The notes under the pieces: generated by a model | Told to the model about the DNA's origin: nothing | Seen by the model: the letters and a program-made list of their open reading frames with translations, nothing else | Databases searched by the model: none | Part shown: one piece after another, positions 51,021 through 53,635 of the stretch | Layout: each line of letters begins with the position of its first letter | Position numbering within the stretch: position 1 is the first letter of the stretch | Made by a program: the position numbers and the translations under genes | Assembly (NCBI GenBank): GCA_013044165.1 | Contig: JABEVB010000178.1 | Location: 1-53,635 of the forward strand | Reading direction: 5' to 3' | Origin: Phycisphaerales bacterium | Lineage (GTDB): Bacteria; Planctomycetota; Phycisphaerae; WQYP01 | DNA: 53,635 nt

Positions 51021-52082
51021 TCATGGCGATACCAACCACACCCTGGCGATCCTCCCCACCTCCACCCATCCAGCCTTGCGATAGATTGATAGTGCGGAAT
51101 CGTTCTGAGCATCAACCTGCAAAGTGGCTACCCGCCCCATCTTTCGAATTCGACCTGCCAAATCTCCCACCAACGACGCCCCGTAGCCGCGCCTCCGAAA
51201 CTCTGGAAATACAAAAACGCCCCCGATCTCAACCATGCCAGGTAGCACCAGATCAAACTTCGCACATGCTACTACGGCCCCGTCAACCTCAAGCACAAAC
51301 ACAGAGCGACTGTCAATCCACGCGTCAACATCGGCATCAAATAAAATTCCACGCTCCTCCATGTACTGCTTTCGCCACCTGTTGAGTGTCCCCTCGTCCC
51401 CATCCTTGGCCTCCCGCACATTCGGCATCGGAGGCGCATCAACCTCACTCGGCAGCCGCATCACCACATTATTGACCCGACGTGCAAACGCCCTACGATG
51501 CACAGCCGCGAGCATTCGCGGCAGTAATCGCTCCACACCTTCCGCATTCCCCGTAATAAAGTTAATGGCCGCTGGGGCACGTAAACCGCCGCCAACAGGA
51601 TGCATATTCTCTGGAACACTATTATCGGACGTTATAGGCTGACCGATCCGCTGAATATATTCTCCAAAGGCATCCGCTGCCGAATCAGTCAGCGCCAAAA
51701 TGTCAGCTCGGTGGGCCTTGGGGACATACAACATTGCTCCAAGGGCATTGGCCCCAAGAGGCGCAGAGGCGCTCTTGCGGGCCGACGCCAAAGAAGACAA
51801 ATCCTCCACGCCGCCATCCGCCTTGCACATTGCCCGACCTTCGGCCGGGTAGGCCACCACCAGGTGCAGGTCCGCTCGCGCAAGGGGAGGGGTCTGCGCC
51901 AGTCGCTCCCAAAAATGGGCAATCATATCCAAGGCACCGCCGCCGCGCTGCCGCAATAGCTCTGCCGCCGCCGCAGCTTGGTCCAAGCCCAGCCGCGTCA
52001 ATCGCGGTGGGGCGGTTGTTTGCGATGCCGATGTTTCAGCCACGCGCCACAAAACTCCAAGATCGTCCACTGTGTAAGTCAC
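51021..52082 (-). CDS. GNAT-family N-acetyltransferase with ~220-aa uncharacterised N-terminal domain
   Basis: C-terminal acetyl-CoA motif A: GGVFVFPEFRRRGYGASLVGDLAGRIRKMG ... ALSIYRKAGW. GTG start at 52082. Confidence 0.65.
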   Translation of the reverse strand: MTYTVDDLGVLWRVAETSASQTTAPPRLTRLGLDQAAAAAELLRQRGGGALDMIAHFWERLAQTPPLARADLHLVVAYPAEGRAMCKADGGVEDLSSLASARKSASAPLGANALGAMLYVPKAHRADILALTDSAADAFGEYIQRIGQPITSDNSVPENMHPVGGGLRAPAAINFITGNAEGVERLLPRMLAAVHRRAFARRVNNVVMRLPSEVDAPPMPNVREAKDGDEGTLNRWRKQYMEERGILFDADVDAWIDSRSVFVLEVDGAVVACAKFDLVLPGMVEIGGVFVFPEFRRRGYGASLVGDLAGRIRKMGRVATLQVDAQNDSALSIYRKAGWVEVGRIARVWLVSP

Positions 52083-52383
52083 GATACAACATATGTCGAT
52101 ATATACTTACTATCTTCCGTTTCGCCGCGGCCGCCATCACGGCCCTGGCGCATATCTTAATCTTCCTGCGCAAATGTCAAAAGTCCGCCGGCCTGGCGCA
52201 ACGCCAACATGAACCCGCCGTGGGTGCGCTCGAAGCCATTGCGTCTTTCCCGGTTACCTGCGGACAATCGCGGGGCGCAAAAAAGCGGCGCACCCCAACA
52301 GCATGATTGTTGCGGTGCGCCGCCCAAAAAGGGGTTGATTCCGATGAGGCGGGGCGGCTCTTCGCCAGGCCCGCCTGCAGACA

Positions 52384-53607
52384 TTATCGGTTGCCGCAGC
52401 TTCGCCGCTGCGTCAAAAGCAATGCCGCTGCACCAATCGCCAGCAGCGCCAGCGCGGTTGGCTCCGGAGCCGGTGACGCATCAGCAATAAATGCAATGCC
52501 CGCCGAAGAGCCAATCCCGGTCACCACCGGTGTGAGCAGGCCGGTGCTGAAGTTCATCGCATCAAGCGAATGGTTAACCTTATCCGATGAAAACGCCTGA
52601 TTGGTCGCAAACCCGTTTGTGCTCGTCAGTGCGTACACCAAATTATCCTTACTGTCGGCAAACAGCAATACGCCGTGGCTGCTGGTGGCAAAACCGGTAT
52701 CGTCGGTGTTGATGGGGTTGCCGCCGGCGTCGTGCAGGTTAAGTACCGTAAGCGACTGATTGGCCTGGCCCACATTGGCAATGTCGGTAATCGAAGCGCC
52801 GCTTTCGTTGGACAGCAGCAAATCGCCTGCGGGAGTGAGGTTGAGCGAATCAGGGTCAAAAATATTGCCGGCCGACTTTTGCCCTGTCACCTTGTTGGTG
52901 ACCATGTCGGTGCCATGCACCACCGGGGTGATGCCGGGCATTTCCGGGTAATTACCGCCATTGGCCGCCGGTGTAGCCGACACCTGGTACAGCACCGGCC
53001 TGGGATTGGGGTTGCTGGCCGAATAAGCCCCGTTGCCCGCATTGGAGCCTGATGCGTAAAGTGTTCCGTTCACAAACTGCAGCCCGTCAAAACCGCCCTG
53101 GTGCGGTGAGGGGTTTGGATAGCCATACCGTGTCTGTTGGCCTGTGCTGGTGTTGACAACGGTCAGTGTTGAATTGCCATCTTCGTTTTGGTCAGTATAC
53201 AGCAGTCCGTCCGGGCCGACGGCAAGGCCTTCCACATGCCCAGCCATGTTGAAGGCCTTTTCAAACGTGCCGTTAAGGCTGTACTCGGCTACGGTGCTCG
53301 TTACGCCATTGGGGCCGTAGCCCCCATCGCCGGCCACGCCATTGCCCCAACCGACAAATACATTTCCGCCAGCCACCGTAATGTCGTCCGGCGAACTGAC
53401 CGTTGGTGTCGGCTGGGTGCCACCGATGCTGCTCTCTAATCCTGGATTGGCAAACGGCGAAGCAAATACGCTTAGCTGATAACCGGCCGCCACCACCGGC
53501 GTGCCGGCATGCGCACAGGTTGCTATCGTCGCCCCGGTTAATGCCGCGGCCATACCCATGGCCATGCTGAACTTGCTACCCATCCGCCTAAACTCATCGC
53601 GTTTCAT
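52384..53607 (-). CDS. PEP-CTERM sorting domain-containing protein with beta-propeller-like body
   Basis: Signal peptide (AALTGATIATCAHA). Repeated Gly/aromatic blade-like segments (GLAVGPDGLLYTDQ, GLQFVNGTLYASG, LTPAGDLLLSNE). C-terminal SPAPEPTALALLAIGAAALLLTQRRS. AGGAG upstream of the ATG. Confidence 0.8.
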   Translation of the reverse strand: MKRDEFRRMGSKFSMAMGMAAALTGATIATCAHAGTPVVAAGYQLSVFASPFANPGLESSIGGTQPTPTVSSPDDITVAGGNVFVGWGNGVAGDGGYGPNGVTSTVAEYSLNGTFEKAFNMAGHVEGLAVGPDGLLYTDQNEDGNSTLTVVNTSTGQQTRYGYPNPSPHQGGFDGLQFVNGTLYASGSNAGNGAYSASNPNPRPVLYQVSATPAANGGNYPEMPGITPVVHGTDMVTNKVTGQKSAGNIFDPDSLNLTPAGDLLLSNESGASITDIANVGQANQSLTVLNLHDAGGNPINTDDTGFATSSHGVLLFADSKDNLVYALTSTNGFATNQAFSSDKVNHSLDAMNFSTGLLTPVVTGIGSSAGIAFIADASPAPEPTALALLAIGAAALLLTQRRSCGNR

Positions 53608-53635
53608 AAGAAACTCTCCTGTCAGTCGTACAACC

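Noticed and set aside
50575-51115. Small ORFs 50575..50793 (72 aa) and 50933..51115 (60 aa).
   Set aside because: Their composition is odd and they have no SD. One overlaps the GNAT gene 3' end and a parS site. They are more likely non-coding.
1-53635. CRISPR arrays, tRNA/rRNA genes, transposases, integrases, prophage or toxin-antitoxin pairs.
   Set aside because: I saw no regularly spaced short repeats, no tRNA-like T-arm/acceptor signatures, and no ORF with DDE, tyrosine/serine recombinase or phage structural motifs while reading the six-frame track.

Overview
This is a 53.6-kb chromosomal segment, roughly 60% GC by eye, from a diderm bacterium. It uses PEP-CTERM/exosortase sorting (three PEP-CTERM proteins) and canonical AAGGAG-type Shine-Dalgarno sites, which I used to refine starts. 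The phylum cannot be fixed from sequence alone; the gene content looks PVC- or Acidobacteria-like.

About one third of the window (942..19500, minus strand) is a two-partner-secretion (type Vb) locus. It holds a SapC-family gene, a single intact 15.9-kb ORF for a 5,306-aa TpsA/FhaB-like exoprotein, and a ShlB/FhaC-type TpsB transporter joined to it by an ATGA overlap.

The rest of the window reads as follows:
- **Metal and redox block:** FTR1 iron permease and a divergent Nramp transporter behind a repeated palindromic operator, a K+/H+ antiporter, and msrA/msrB.
- **Orphan CrtC-like hydratase.**
- **Cytochrome operon:** cytochrome c, a coiled-coil beta-barrel porin, and a cytochrome c lipoprotein.
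- **Glycan genes:** FkbM methyltransferase, a GT11 fucosyltransferase-like gene, and a GT-A glycosyltransferase.
- **Envelope block:** a RIC/hemerythrin protein, an MsbA-like ABC exporter carrying a PDZ-like periplasmic insertion, and a divergent DUF2752 plus two-lipoprotein operon.
- **Housekeeping and membrane genes:** deoC, a UVR-motif protein, an MscS channel, a CPBP protease, and an SDR epimerase.
- **Two tandem PEP-CTERM paralogs.**
- **infC**, with a candidate AUU start.
- **Partition region:** an RluA-family pseudouridine synthase translationally coupled to parB, two perfect parS sites bracketing a low-GC non-coding island, a GNAT protein, and a third PEP-CTERM protein.

I saw no rRNA, tRNA, CRISPR array, transposase or integrase. 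All calls rest on reading motifs in the supplied translations and the DNA by eye. No homology search, HMM scan or RNA folding was run, so starts and regulatory sites are provisional.
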